This document shows positions 40,267 through 54,254 of a DNA stretch of 64,000 nt, in pieces; the stretch's first letter is position 1; every line of letters starts with the position of its first letter. This DNA is from Vicugna vicugna (taxonomy: Eukaryota): contig MU057744.1 of NCBI GenBank assembly GCA_013265495.1, positions 1,564,356 to 1,628,355 on the forward strand, written 5' to 3'. The translations under genes were made by a program, and so were the position numbers. The notes beneath the pieces are model-generated. The model had not been told where the DNA came from. It did no database searches and worked only from the letters and a program-made list of their open reading frames with translations.

Positions 40267-41239
40267 TATACAGATCACAGATAAGCATACAAAAAGCTGC
40301 TCCATATCATATGTCATTAGGGAAGTGCAAATTAAAACAGTAAGATATCGTTGCACCTATTAGAGTGGCCGAAATCCAGAACGCTGACACATAAAATGCT
40401 GGCAAGGTTGTGAAGTAACAGGAATTCTTATTCATCATTGATGGGAATGCAAATTAGTTCAGCCACTTTGGAAGGCAGTTTGGAGACTTATGAAACTCAG
40501 CATACTCTTACCATATGATTCAACCATCATGCTTCTTGGTATTTACCTAAAGGAGTTGAAAATTTAAATGTCCACACAAAAACTTGTAGTTGGATATTTA
40601 TAGCAGCTTTATTCATAATTGTCAGAACTTGGAAGCAACCAGCCCGTCCTTCAGTAGGGGAATGGGTAAGAAAACCGTGGTGTATATACATAGTGGAATA
40701 TTATTCAGTAGTCAAAAGAAGTGAACTATTGACCCATGGGAAGACATAGAAGGGACTGCAATGCTTATTGCTGAGTGAAAGAAGCCAATCTGAGAAGGCT
40801 GCATACTGTAGGATTCCACTATATGACATTCTGGAAAAGGCAAAACTAAGAAGGCAGCAGAAAGACCAATGATTGCCAGAGATTAGGGAGGAGGGATGAG
40901 TAGGGGGAGCAAGAAGGATTTTTAGGGCAAACTGTTCTGTATGATACTGTAATGATGGATGCATGACGTTATACATTTGTTACAACCCACAGAATGTAAA
41001 GTACCAAGAGTGAAAACTTTGGGTGGTTAGACTCGTCAGCGTAGTTTCATCTCGAATAACAAATGTACAGGCTGCTGGGGGATTGCATAGTGGGAGAGGT
41101 TTAGCATGTGTGAGGGCAGAGAGTATATGGGAAAATCTCTGTGCTTCCTATTCAAATTTGCTGTGAACCTAAATATGCCATAAAAATAGTGCATTTAAAT
41201 GAGAAGGCTAACAGAAGATCCTAGGCATAAGAGAATGTA

Positions 41240-44200
41240 CTTACAAAAAATGGCCCCGGGAAGGAAACTGAAGTGAAGAGTGCTTGCCTAAAGCTACACA
41301 GTGAAAATGCACAGTGCACACCAGCAAACCAACTTCTTGGTTGGCCAAGACAGATATTGTGTAAAGCTATTGGATTTTAAAGGTAAAGAAAAAAAATCTT
41401 TTGAATCCAGGTAAAAAGACCCAGTTGCTTTTAAAGGAAAGAAAGTTGGATTGCCATGAGACTTATTTTATTCGTTTTTAATTAAAAATTGCTTTTTAAT
41501 CGAAGGAGAGTTATTTTACAATGTTGCATCAATTTCTGGTGCACGTGGCATCATGTTTCAGTCATCCATGTAGGCTTATCTTTAGCACCAGTGCTTTATG
41601 GTAAGTGATTGAGTAACATATTAAGAAACTTAAGGAAAGAAAATATGAGTCAAAAATTCTAGGCAAACTGACTTTTCATATAAAGGCCATAAACACACTA
41701 CTATGAACATGGAAAAATCTAGGGGTTTCGTCCCCATGACCCCTTCTTTGGGAATTTACTGGAGACATCCAAAGTCCAGGGAAGACTGGACGAGGAACGG
41801 TGGTGAGTACGCACTACACACTCGCCTGAGATGCTGGCACTCAGGATGGTTCTAAAGGAGAGTGTATCACGTGTGATGGCTTTATGCTCTGACAACTACC
41901 CCAAAATGGGAGAAGAATGGGAAGAGTTTCAAAAAACTGTATTAAGCTTTCTGATTGCCTTGTGGGTATTACCTGAAAGTAAAAGATCTAACTTCCAGTT
42001 AAATGCTGGTAGAGAAGGACAAAAGAAGACATTTTGAGCTGTTCTTGGTGTTGCTCATAGAACACAGAGTAACCAAAATCAGTGGGACCTAAAGGCATTA
42101 TTTAAAGATACTAGCATAAGGGTAGACAAAACATCCTAAGCAAAAGATACTTATATCTGTATCTTTAATGTGGATATGACATAAAAATATGAGAGAGCAT
42201 AGTGCTGCACAAATAAAATAGACCACATAGTGAAGGGTAGATACATGTAGATTCCACAAGTGATAGACACACCCAGTGTTTTAAATACATGAAAAAAATC
42301 CATTGTAAATAAAGGTGAAATTATGTATTTATATTCACTTTAAACAAAAATACATATTTTAACAATATAAGAGAATTGAGCCCCAAACATATTAATCATA
42401 AATAATTGTAAATGGACTTGACTTACCTATCAAAATAAGAACTTGAGATTTTAAGATTCACTAACAAAGCCAAATTTGACACCATGTATACTAGAGCTGA
42501 GAGGTTTGGAAAAATAAAAATGAAAGGATGGATAAGGTTATACAGAGAAGTGCAAATCAAAAAGAAAGCAGGTGTCTCAGCCTTATGGCTGGACACGGTG
42601 TAATTCAGACCGAAAAACTTTAAAAGAGATAAGAGAGGACACTTAGTAATGGTAAAGGATGCACTTCACAAGGAAGTTGAAATAGCTGTGTGCACCCAGT
42701 AGCAGAAACAGCTTTCACAAACTCTTGGAGATACAAAGAGAAAAGAGAAACAGATGCCCAGTACAGAGGTCAGTGAGCTTGACCATGTACAGATACGTCG
42801 AAGTCTGAACGGCAGAAATAGTGTGCATTTTTAAATGCAGCGTTAAAGAGTATTGACCGTGTTTTAAACCATAGAGGTAAGCTCAGTAAATCCCAAAGAA
42901 TAGCAATAATTCAAACATGACTATAAAAGAATAAAACTAAAAATTAAGTTTTCAAAAAAGCTCCAAACCCGTAAAAATCCCTTCTACTTGAGAATTAAAA
43001 AGCACGCTATTAAATAAATGTTGGGTCAAAGGGGAAGAATTTCTTGAACATAGTGAAAATGAATACATGGTGTTCTAGACTGTGTGGGGACAATGAAGGA
43101 AGTTATCAGGGGAAATTTTTAGTATTAAATGAATGTATTAATAAAAATGAAAAAAAGAATGAACTAAACAAGCAGATAAGAAACTAGAAGAATAACAAAG
43201 TAAACAAAAGAAAGCAGCAGGATGGAATTAATAAAGATACAAAGGAGACTGATGAGTTAAGTTAAAAAGTGTTTCTTTGCAAAACATCAATAGACCAACT
43301 AATTAATCAAGAAAAAGGGAGAAAGTACAAATATTCAAATATTAGAGGTTACATAAGGGTACAAGAGGGAGAATGGTCAAAACAGTGAATTAAAATCTTG
43401 AAAGACCATTAGTTCACTTACATGCAAGTTGACTTAGAAATCTTCATGAAATGAATCATTTTGTAGAAAAATTAAATGCACTGCAGAAAGTCTAAACAGA
43501 CTAATTATCGTAAAATAAATAAAGTAAGAAAAGAATTTCCTGACAAGAAGTGCACCAGGGTCAGATAAACCCCTACTTAACTACGCAGCTGGAATTATTC
43601 CAAAGATACAAAAAGAAGGAAAACTTCCAAATTGATTTCGCTAAGTATAACAAGGATTCCAAAATCTTAAAAAATTGTTTTGGAAAATTATAAAATAATT
43701 TTCCTTATGAATATTGATACAGAAATCCAAAGTAAAATATGTTTTAACAGAAAGCAATTTTGCATTAAAATATACATCGTGACCAAGTGGGGTTTGTTCC
43801 AGGAATCCAAGAGTGGCTCAATACCCAAAAATGCCATTAAAATAATTCTTCATATCAGTCGAGCTAAGGAGGAAAGCCTTTGGACATCTCTTAAGATAGC
43901 AGAAAATCTATGTTTTGGAAAATAATAAAATAGAAATTGGTGGGTAGCTCCTTAACACTTATTTTACAAGCACACAGTCACTCACACACTTCAGTTCAGC
44001 ACCTCAGTTACAGGGAGTCACTAGTGGTCAGAATCGGGTGTAAGTGAAAGATGGATGTTCAGTGTCTCTGTGCTGTGCCTGTGTGCGTTGGAGGTATCAG
44101 CCCGTGTTATTAGACATAGAGACTTAAATGTGGATATGAAGAGGTAAAGCTATCTCTAGTTGCAGATGATTTGATTGTATATCTAAGAATCCCAAATGAG

Positions 44201-44300
44201 TCAATGGAAAAACTGCTACCAAAGATGGGCTTAGGAGAGACCGCTATAAAACAGCTGGTTATGAAATCAATGTGTCCACAGCCTTCTTAGCTACACTGAA
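41240..44300 (+). mobile_element. Very old L1ME-like fragments
   Basis: A-rich degenerate endonuclease/RT remnants (aattgtaaatggact; ccaagtggggtttgttccagga; ttgcagatgatttgattgtatatcta). Confidence 0.7.
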
Positions 44301-46334
44301 ACATACACACATATGGAATGATTATTGTGCACACACATACACACATCCAAACACAACTTTACAGTAAGTTCGAAAGGGGACCAGTGATTGTCTTAGGCCA
44401 GTCATTTATCAACAGTCATGAAGAATCCCTAAAAAAGATTCATAAAAAATAGGATTCTTATTTAATGATCTTAGTCCTGCAAGCAGAATTTTCTGGTGTT
44501 ATTCTTTGTGAACTCAGGAGAGATACAGTAAGAAGATCTTTAAGCTTTGTTTCAGTCCAACACGTCAATGATTCTAAGACTGGTCCAAACCTACCATGCC
44601 TATAAAACAACACTGCTGATTTTTATCAGGCCTCCAAAAAGGTAGTTGAGCCTTGTAGATAGAATAATATCAAGAGTTCTTTCTGTTTCTTCTAAATTTC
44701 TGTGGCATCATTTTAATTAAAAGTCTTTCTTCCCATAATGGAACATGATAGAGCAGTATTTTATCGTCAGTGACTTCTAGTTTCAGGATATCATTCACCG
44801 TGATAAATAATGCATTGGCATATTAATGATGCATAATCGTTGTGATATTCCAGATGAAGCGCTCTTCTTCTTCAAGTGAGAATTTTTGAATAATAAAAAT
44901 GTCAGTGTGAGATAAATGTGGGATGATGTAAGAGTCACTTTGAAAATACAATTTATGAAAACTTTTAAATGTCAGGTACTTTCTCAGTGTTTTTCCTAAA
45001 AGTTAATTGAAGGAATAAAGCATAATTATAGGCAAATAAATATTGACATTATTGCTGTTCTGTTGTTCTATTTACTTTATTCACTGTGACTTTCACAGAA
45101 TTTTGGGCCAAAGGAAGGTAAAAGGGAGCCAGTGTGTTCGGGAAAGAACATGAATTATTAATAGCCATATTTGTTTCTCAAAATCCTCGTGTTTTAGTTA
45201 TGTAAGTCTTTTTTTTCCCAAAAACTTTAAGAGGAAAATGTAGTACATGTTAGGTGTGGCAGAAAAGAAGTAAGTAGCCTTATGATGTATGAATATCCAG
45301 TCTATGAAGATAATTGATTGCATGTGTAAAGTTCTGATAGAACACAAGAATTATAGGAAAATGTCTAACAATTTTTGGCATATTATTATATTGGCCAGAA
45401 TGGAACCATTTGTTAAATTATAACTTATAAGTTGCATGGAAATAATTCTTGGTGTTTTCAATGCACACTGATGCTGCTACCCAGTTAGGACAGGATGGCA
45501 ATTCAAAAAGATGAAGATGACATAATTGAAATCGCCAAAGGAGGAAGCATTTTATGGAATACTTTAATAATACAGCATCAATAAATTGTCTTATGAGCTA
45601 AAGACTCATTCTTGGAATATGTTAGAGATTTTTAAAAATTCTCATTGTAGTTAAAGATGAGCTTCTGATCAGTAGTTCTTGAAATGAAATGAAAACTTAA
45701 GAAAACACTGAACTCTTAGACTGAAAAACATTTGAATCTAAAATCTGAGAGAGATATCCATTAATTATAAGGTAGTTGGAACCAGTTGGAGAAAAACTTA
45801 CATGGAGTTCACCTCTCACACACATAGGTTTCCCTCAAACACTGTGGGAAGATTGACAGACACTTTAATCCACCCAGCCTCTCTGCCTCTGATGCAAGCA
45901 TGGGCTGTGCTAATAAGCTTTGTACCCTCTGCCATCCTGTGACATCTAAGACTCCCACCAAATGGTGTGGGTGCTGATAGGGAGGCAGGGAGCTGGGGAG
46001 GACCCACTGCATTCTGGATGCAGGGGAAGTAGTAAAGGCACATGCAGAGACAGGAACAGCATTGCAGAAGGAGAAGCTGCCAAGTTAGAAGATCAGAGCT
46101 GAATTAAATGGATGCCTGTAAAAAACTGAAAACTGCACACTACTTTCCTTTCTAGATCTGAGAGTGTCATTTTTTTTTAATTGAAGATAGTCAGTTACAG
46201 TGTGTCAGTCTCTGGTGTACAGCTTAATGTCCCAGTCATGCATATGTGTACATATATTCATTTTCATATTCATATTACACGATATTGAATATAGTTCCAT
46301 GTGCTATCCAGAAGAAATTTGTTTTTTTAATCTC

Positions 46335-47339
46335 TTTTTTTAAATTAATAAACTTAATTTTTTTAGAGCAGCTTCAGGTTCACAGCAGAATTGAGCAGAA
46401 AATACAGAGTTCGCACACAGCCCTCCCCACCCGCACATACATACTCACCTACCCTCAACATCCCTCATCAGCGTGGCATATTTGGTACAAGCGATGAACC
46501 CACATGGGCACGTTATTATCAACCGAAGTCCATAGTTTACATGAGGGTTCACTCTTGGTGTTGTACGTTCTATGGGTTTTGACAAATGCATAATGACATG
46601 TAGACACACTATAGTATCACACAGAATGGTTTAATCACCCTAAAAATCCCTTTTGCTCCGTCTATTCATTCCTTCCTCCCTCCCTCTCCCCAAACCCCTG
46701 GAAACCACGATCTTTTTATTGCTTCTGTAGCTGTGCCTCTTCCAGAATGTCATTTGGTTAGAACCATACAGTTTGTAGGCTTTTCAGACTGGCTTTTTTC
46801 ATTTAGTAATAGGTCTTTTAAGTTTCTTCCATGTCTTTCATGGCAGGCAGGTCTGGCCCAGTTTTTTACAAAATCACTGCCCTTGGACCTGGCACACGTG
46901 AGTTTTCGTGTACACTTCCTAAGCGAATGGAGTTTCCATTTTCCTGAGTCTCACAGGGCTCCTGGAGCCAAGCTGCACTGGCCTTCGAAACCAGATGTCC
47001 TGGGGTCTCCTCCTCTTCCCAATACAAGACGCAGGCTGGGGTGCTTGACGTGGGGCTTAGAGCTCTCCCTCCTGTGGGAGGGCCTCTGGGACTTCACAGA
47101 TCTTCAGCTTGTGGGTCGCCCCCCCCCCCGCCCAGGGGGCATGGGGCCTGATTATATGGTGAGCACACTCCTCCTACATTCCTGCTGTGGTTCCCTCTTT
47201 ATGTTTCCAGTTGCAGATCTTTTTTGCTAGGTTCTAGTCTTTTTTTCAATGGTTGTTTAGCATTCCATTGTGGTTTCGTTGTAGTCATGAGGAGAAGCGA
47301 GCTCGTGGGCCTACCACTCCGCCATCTTGACTGGAAATC
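46335..47339 (-). mobile_element. Non-autonomous ORF-less L1/HAL1-like element (L1 5' UTR plus L1MB/MC-type 3' end)
   Basis: Minus strand begins gatttccagtcAAGATGGCGgag (L1 5' terminus with YY1 site), then about 500 nt of 5' UTR, a junction at about 46843, about 500 nt of old-type 3' end and a short A-tail. Flanked by tttt(a)atctctttt duplications. Confidence 0.75.
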
Positions 47340-47504
47340 ATTTTTATCTCTTTTTATATATAGTGGTTAACATTTGCAAATCTCAGACTCCCAAATTATC
47401 CTTTCTGTCCCCTTTCCCCCGGTAACCATAAGATTGTTTACCTTGTCTGCGAGTCTATTTGTTTTATAGATGAGTTCATTAGTGTCTTCTTTTTCCTTTC
47501 TTTC

Positions 47505-47607
47505 TTTTTTTTTTTTTTTTTCTTTTTTTTTTTTTTTTTCTTTTTTTTTTTTTTTTTCTTTTTTTTTTTTTTTTTCTTTTTTTTTTTTTTTTTCTTTTTT
47601 TTTTTTT
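47505..47607. repeat. Periodic poly-T tract (T17C)n
   Basis: T-runs interrupted by a single C every 18 nt, inside the internal A-tract of the L1. Confidence 0.9.
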
Positions 47608-47698
47608 AGATTACACATATGAGTGATATCATATGATACTTTTCTTATTTAACCATCAATGGAAGGAACACATTGCAGCAGCTAATAGTTATCTAATA

Positions 47699-48025
47699 CA
47701 GGGGGTGTCATGCTTTTTCTGTAAAAAGCCAAATAGCAAATACTTTCAGCTTTGTGGGTAATACATTTTTTTTTAGAGCTAGTTACTCTTGAAACATTGT
47801 AGCATGAAAACAGCCATAACTAGTATGTAAACGAATGAGCATGGCTGCGTTCCAAAAACAGTGTATTTATGGACACTGAAATCTGAATTTCTTGATTTTT
47901 ATGTTTATAAAATATTCTTCTTATGATTTTTCCCAAGTATTAAAATATGTAAAAGGCACTCTTAGTTCATGTTGTACAGAAACAGGCAGTGGGCCAGATT
48001 TGGCCTGTGGACTATCCTGTGGTCT
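47699..48025. mobile_element. MER58-like hAT DNA transposon
   Basis: cagggggtgtc..tttttctgtaaaaagccaaatag..gggccagatttggcctgtgg. Confidence 0.7.
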
Positions 48026-48524
48026 ATCTGTAATGTAATATATGGAAAATATGTTCCTGATGAAATTGCTAGAATGCATACTATAGGAGCAACAGTCAAA
48101 GATATAATAGAAGAAAAAATTTCTGCCTGTAGTTTAAATGTACTCACCCTATCCTCGTTTGGGAAAGAAGATACTCTGGCTGGAGCTATTAGTGGAGCTT
48201 TATGACAGTAGAGGCATGGACTTTGAGTGGGAAGTCTTGACAAATGGTAGTTAATCAGTTAATGAATGTGTTTGACATATGAATGAAGGGGAGAATAAAT
48301 GAGTTCAGTATAAAAATAGGTGAATAGAGTGTGATGTGGAAGGATTCATGTCATAAGGAGTATGAGGACAAAGGACAGAGAAGAAGCAGCCTTCTGGGAA
48401 TTCCCAGTTGTTCTGCTGGGCTCAGGCAGGGCTTCAAATGCCAAGCGATCAGCAGGACTACATTTGAAAGACAAAGAGAGCTACTGAAGGCTTTAGGACT
48501 ATGGATTGCATTATTTCCTGTTCT

Positions 48525-49168
48525 GTTACTATCAAAGGTAAGCAAAGCCAGACACTAGTTAAAATGGTCAGGACAGATTTTAATTTAATTTAAACTATTG
48601 CAGTGGGGAGGAGAGCCCAGCATAAACTGAACTCATTATCAATTGTCAGCAACAGAGAAGTGAAACATTACAAAGGGGTCCTCGATATAAATGCTGATGA
48701 GGCCGGCTGGATCTGCTGGCTGGCAAGTACTGAAGGGAGTTGGAGTCTGGGGCTCCATTCTTCCTGGCGATCACACTTCAAAGGCATGGCTTTCAGGTAC
48801 TTAGGAAAGACACTCTCGAGTTGTAGGAGATACCAGTCTATCTAGAAGGGACAGAGGAAGGAGTCGCAGTTGTCAGGACTTTTTAGTAAATGCTAAGGCA
48901 AATGAAATTCTTTTGGCAGCCTTCAGCTTTCTTATGCAGGCCCTTTCTGGTTGGGGATTGGTTAGAGTCATTCTAAGGATGTGACCTTCAGCTATTAGAA
49001 AACATGTCAGGGTTTAAGTCTTTTAATGTGAACTGGGCAGGGGTCAGGGATGGGCGAAATCATTTTTGTTGAGAGTCTGTGGGGTTTTTAGGCCAAGGTT
49101 GAGGCCTCGTGGAGAAGAGGGTTTGGGGGAGCCTGGTGAAAATTTGATCAGGGAGTGAATCTTTGTCC
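48525..49168 (-). mobile_element. Solo LTR (MER21/MER34/MER39-group-like)
   Basis: Minus strand begins gacaaagattc..tgatcaaatttt..aggcctcaaccttggcc. Confidence 0.6.
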
Positions 49169-49869
49169 TCCCATGCTGGTTTGTGTATTTGGACATGCAT
49201 GAACATCCCCAGAGGTACAGTCAGTCCAGCCTGATTGAGTTTACTGAGAGACAGCTTGCCTTTGGGTGTGCCCTGCTCTCTCCCTTCCTGAAACGCCCTT
49301 GCATAGGTTTTGCTCCTGAGGGAAGCCTGCTCACCCTCTAGGCAGCTGTCAAATACCTCTTCCTTTGCGAGGCCCTCCTGCGTTTATTTGCATCCCCCTC
49401 CTCCCTGGACGAATACCTCCTTCCCCCTGTTCAAGCATAATGAATTGCTTTTTCTACTGCATCGCTTGTTGCTAAATCACATGACCCTTTAAATTTACTT
49501 TCTGAAACTATTATGAAATAATAAGCGGGAAAGCACCTGCAGGCAGAGGCAGCGTCTCATCTGTCTTGTATCTCAAGTGCATAGTAACAACACTTCCGAG
49601 GGAAGTAGATGATTAATTAATGTCGGTTGATTTTTGACTGATTTTCCCTCTTTGGACTGATGACCTAATTAATATTGATGTGTCAGTTTTGACAGTGTGC
49701 TAATTCATTTGGCTTTTTTTGAAAAAATTCCTGCTGTATCTTCCAAAGAACGCAGAGTAAGTATTCATATTTATGACTGTAGTAATGCTTAATCCCACAC
49801 AGATTGAAGGTGGATTTGGTCCCATGCATCTTCAGTAATAGTTAATTTATTACTTTACGTTAAGGATGG

Positions 49870-50231
49870 AGGCAATCTGAAAAGGCTACCTACTGTAGGA
49901 TTCCAACTCTGACATTCTGGGAAAGGCAAAACTATGGAGACAGGAAAAACATCAGTGGTTGCCAGGTGTTACAGGGAAGGTGGGATGAAGAGGTGGAGTA
50001 CAGAGATTTTTAGGGCAGTGAAACTATTCTGTGTTTTGTTATAATGGTGGATACACATCATTGTACGTTTGGTGAAACGCATAGAAAGGACAGCACCAAG
50101 AGTGAACTCTAACGTAAGCTATGGGCTTTGGGTGGTAATAATAATGTTTCAGTGTAGGTGCACTGATTGTAGCAGATGTACCACTCTGGTGTGGAAGGCT
50201 CTGTGTGTATGTGTGCGTGTGCACGTGTGGG

Positions 50232-50270
<39 letters not shown>

Positions 50271-50350
50271 TAGGGGTATGTGGGAACTCTCTGTACTTTC
50301 CGCTCCATTTTGCTTTGAACCTAAAACTGTTCTAAAAAGTAAACTCTATT
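49870..50350 (+). mobile_element. L1MC-like 3' end containing a (GT)n microsatellite (about 50237-50268)
   Basis: ctgaaaaggctac..gacattctgggaaaggcaaaactatggagac..gaacctaaaactgttctaaaa. Confidence 0.8.
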
Positions 50351-53300
50351 TAAAACACATACAAACAAGAAAGGATCTCAGAATTTTTTCAGTAGGGAAA
50401 TTAATAATCAAATTGTACTTTATTCAAACAAGGTTATAGTGCACACAGTGAAAATATAACGATATATATCAATAAGAATAAATTCCAAGAACACAATGTT
50501 GGGCAAAAATAAAAAAATTACAAACATATGCATTATGATACCATTTATATCATTTTACAACATGATAAACAATTCTGTAATTAGTATTAGAATATAGACG
50601 TGTAATATTATTGTGAAACAGTGCCCTTGAATGATAAATTCTAAATTCAGCAGAATTGCTTCAGGGAAGCAGACAGAATAAAATCAGGGCTGGGTTCCCA
50701 CCTGGTTGAATTCACCTGTGTATGTAATAATTTAATTTTTATGTTAAGTGTTGGAACATGGGTGTTTATTATAATATTTTCATACTATTTTGTACTTCTG
50801 AAGTTCTCAATTAGAAAAGAGCTAATGGAAAATGATACTTGATTTGTAGCCAGAACATTTAAAAAAATAATCAGTAAACACTTAAGTAATTAATCTGGGA
50901 AATTCTGATGTTGTGAATAATAATTTTTGTCTTGTTAGATTTCCATTTTCAAGGTCATGCCTTAAAAGCCTGCAGCAATTGCTTTACTGGGAATTATTGT
51001 CATTCAGGGTTTAGTGTGGGGATAAGACAGTCACCTTGGTGGTCAGGAAGATGGGAACAGAGAGGAGCTGAGGTTAGTAGCACTAGAGAACTACACTGCA
51101 ACTCTGAGGGCTCACTGGGGGCGGTTTGGACTTGGTGACTGAAGTTTACCACCAGTCTTTTAGTTCATAGGCCTCAATTTGCATAAAACATATGCCCTAC
51201 GTTGAGTGTCAGGATTTTTCCCATCTCTCATACTTATGGAGATGTTGACATTCCATGCGTAGCTTTCCTCTCTGATTTTCTCATAGTCTCTAGGTATTTT
51301 TTCAGTACCTTGTTCCAAGGAGCTGCTGCCAATCAAGTGCACCTGAAATGAAGCTGACTTGCTTTCCTGGGTGAGTCAGAATAAGCTAAGTCATGCTTTT
51401 GTAAGAAAAAAATACGAGCGTCGCTCCCTCAAATCCCAGTGGTTCAATTTGTGTGCGTGCCGCCTGCCCAATATTGATTACTTGTTTGTCAAAGAGAATC
51501 AGTTTAACGGCATCAGAAACACCAGAATGGTATTTATACCCATTGGGGCTTACAGGGTATGTGGCCAGGGTCCGTTATTGGCATAATACCTGTTTCTCAG
51601 TATCTTCAGCTGCAGAATGCTGAGGTAATTGTACTTGCCTTACGCTATCATTATAATGACTATAGGAGATAAATAAAAAGTTCTTTGAACAGCATCCTCT
51701 GTAAGTGTACAGTAAATGTAACCAGTGGTTTTTGCTGTTTATTATTATTAACTAGGATGCCATTCAGTTGTTTTCAATCACTGAAGAAAATTAAATGTGA
51801 ATAGATTCTAAAAATGAGTTTAGATAGATTTCTAGGAGAGTCTCTTTCTCTTAAAGTTAATTACAAGTCAACATAACCTATAAGCAGTGTTGTGAATTCT
51901 ATATTTCCAGAAGGAACAGAATTTGAGTCAGTTTGGAGATTTACTGGTTTTTAGTTAGAAAGGATTCTCTCTCGCTTTCAAATTTCATATATGTTCTGTG
52001 AATTTTTGAATAGTTGTTAATTATTCATTTAACAAGGATTAATTGAGCATCTAGTGAGTTTTAGGCTCTAGGGATTAAATGGTGAATAATACATACTCCC
52101 TACTGTTGTTGAACTTTCATGCCTGGAGTGGAGACAGAAAATCAGTCTTCATTTACATGACATAAGTGGTATCTGGGTACAAGACGCTACTGGAACCCAC
52201 AGGAAGGTCACCTTACTCAGTCTCAGGGTTTTGGGTTCAGTGATGCCTAAATCAAGCCCTGAGGAATAAGTGCAGTTATTTACAGGAAGAACACAGAGAT
52301 TAGCAGACCATGGCTATACAGAAAGCATGTTTATTAGAGCTACACAGAAGATAGGTCGCCCCGATCTTATAAGTTCCATGTGTTTGAGTTATCTTTCGGT
52401 GTGCTCTTTGTACAAACACAGACATTTAGTAATAGACTCACTTCTCATAAATACAGAGCTTACCTACTATGTGAGATGTATTTTTAGGGTTTAGGTCAGT
52501 TTTCTAAGGGTAATTGAACACATTTGGAATGATTTTTGAATGGAACAACTTTTGATATATGGTTTTTAAAATATTGACATCTTATATCCATTGAATACCT
52601 TACTTTTCATTATTATTTACTCAAGGAGTTGACTGCTTGCATTGAATGTCTCCCATTTTTACTTTTGATGAATAAAGTGAAATAGGCAGTATTAATAAGC
52701 AATAAGTTAAATAGACTAAAATCAATAAGGTAGTAAATTTACTAGTACAATGTGAAATAATGGCTCTCCTTCTACATATAAACATAAGAAATGATGAGCT
52801 CTGTGTTCTAAACATTTCTTTCAATTCATGTTTAAATTTTTTGTTGTTCATTTTTGGTTTAGAGATGCTCTCAAGTAATTTTCCACCAGTGCTAATGAGT
52901 GTACTGTTAGCAACTTCCAGATCTATCAGAGTTAAGTAACAGAGGCTTTTAGGAATAACTTTAATACTTTTTTCTTACTTACTTAACATTCGATGAATAA
53001 AAAGTGAGTTGAATTAAAATATAAATATTATTGACCTTAGGTGGATGAAACTGATGACCCATTAATGTTTAAAGTGTGGGTTGATGGTCAGGAAGTCTTA
53101 CTTTATTAACGCAGTATATGTTGATATTACTTTGGTGTGGGAGGTACCTGGATTGGCAGCATAGTATTTGTATTATGAAGTCAATTGATGAAATAGAATG
53201 TAATAGAACTTAAAATATTGAGCCCCCTTTAAATTTCAAAAAACTTTTAGGACTTTAATGTCATAGTAGTTGTATATTTGGTGTCTACTGAAAAAATGAA

Positions 53301-54254
53301 ACATGACTAAAAGTACTACTACAAATTCAGAAACACTATTATATATTTAAATAAAATGTCTTATTTGATTAGTCAAATAAATTTAAACATAGTATATGCA
53401 ATGGCATGTGCATACACAGACATATATATGCATAGACAGACATTTTCAGTGTGTAGATCATTCAGTAACAGACAGTGCTTCTGGAATATATGGTGGTTTC
53501 ACTTATTCTTTCTTATAATCTATAATCCCAGGCCCACAGGTTGGCAACTTCTGAATTATAAGTTGAAGATTTCAAGAAGAACTGATTAACCTGGGGCGCA
53601 AAGTCTTTGTGAGAAGAGTTAGTGAAATAGTATTAGAGTATAGGTTTTTTTTTTTTTTTTGTACAGAGAAATGACTTATGTAAAATATTCTTTTAGAAAT
53701 TATATTTACAGTGTTTGGAACAAAAATGGAGGGGGAAAGCCAGAAGAATGGAGGGAGGATTACTTCCTATAAGTACTACTTCCTTTAAGTATAGTGCGAA
53801 GAAAAATGTGATCTGTCTTAGTGCGAGAGGGATGGGGTCCAGAAAATTTGGAGACCAAACCATAGGAGCAGACTTGGTGATATATTTCACATTGCCAGCG
53901 AAATTCACATAAAGTTGAGATTAGATTCCTTAAATCCAGAGAAACATAAAATATGTTTTAGATAACTTAAAGAGACATTGAGGTATGGGTTATCTGCATT
54001 TTAATTATTGACAATGCAATAACTTATAATGTATAATTAATATCATGTAGGGTATGAGGGTACTGTAACTTCTGGAATAGTTTATGCATTGTAATGTAGC
54101 ATTTTAATATTCTTTACTGCCTCAGGTTTCCATGAAAGTTGTCTAAAATAAATATTTACTTGAGATCTTTTAGTAAATGTGATAACTTTCTGTGAAAAGG
54201 AAAAAAAATCAATGCCATGAAATTCACAGTTTCGTTATGTTTAAAGTCACTTCT

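Larger units (their letters stand above)
37040..41200 (+). mobile_element. Old L1M (L1MB/MC-like) element with ORF1, ORF2 and 3' UTR remnants
   Basis: ORF1 remnant (EMETL..MLEIKNTVT), RT-region motifs (aagatcaggaacaagccaagaatgtcccctctcacc) and 3' end (gctgtgaacctaaa). Confidence 0.88.
46170..47650 (-). mobile_element. Young camelid-type L1 3' end, split by the element above
   Basis: 46170-46335 and 47341-47650 rejoin to match the uninterrupted copy at 39845-40165. Confidence 0.85.

Noticed and set aside
47367..47618. Poly-lysine ORF
   Set aside because: Translation of the poly-T repeat.
53490..53625. Minus-strand branch point and acceptor-like motif (cactaac..cacaaag)
   Set aside because: All three frames stop soon, no good donor, and no recognisable product.
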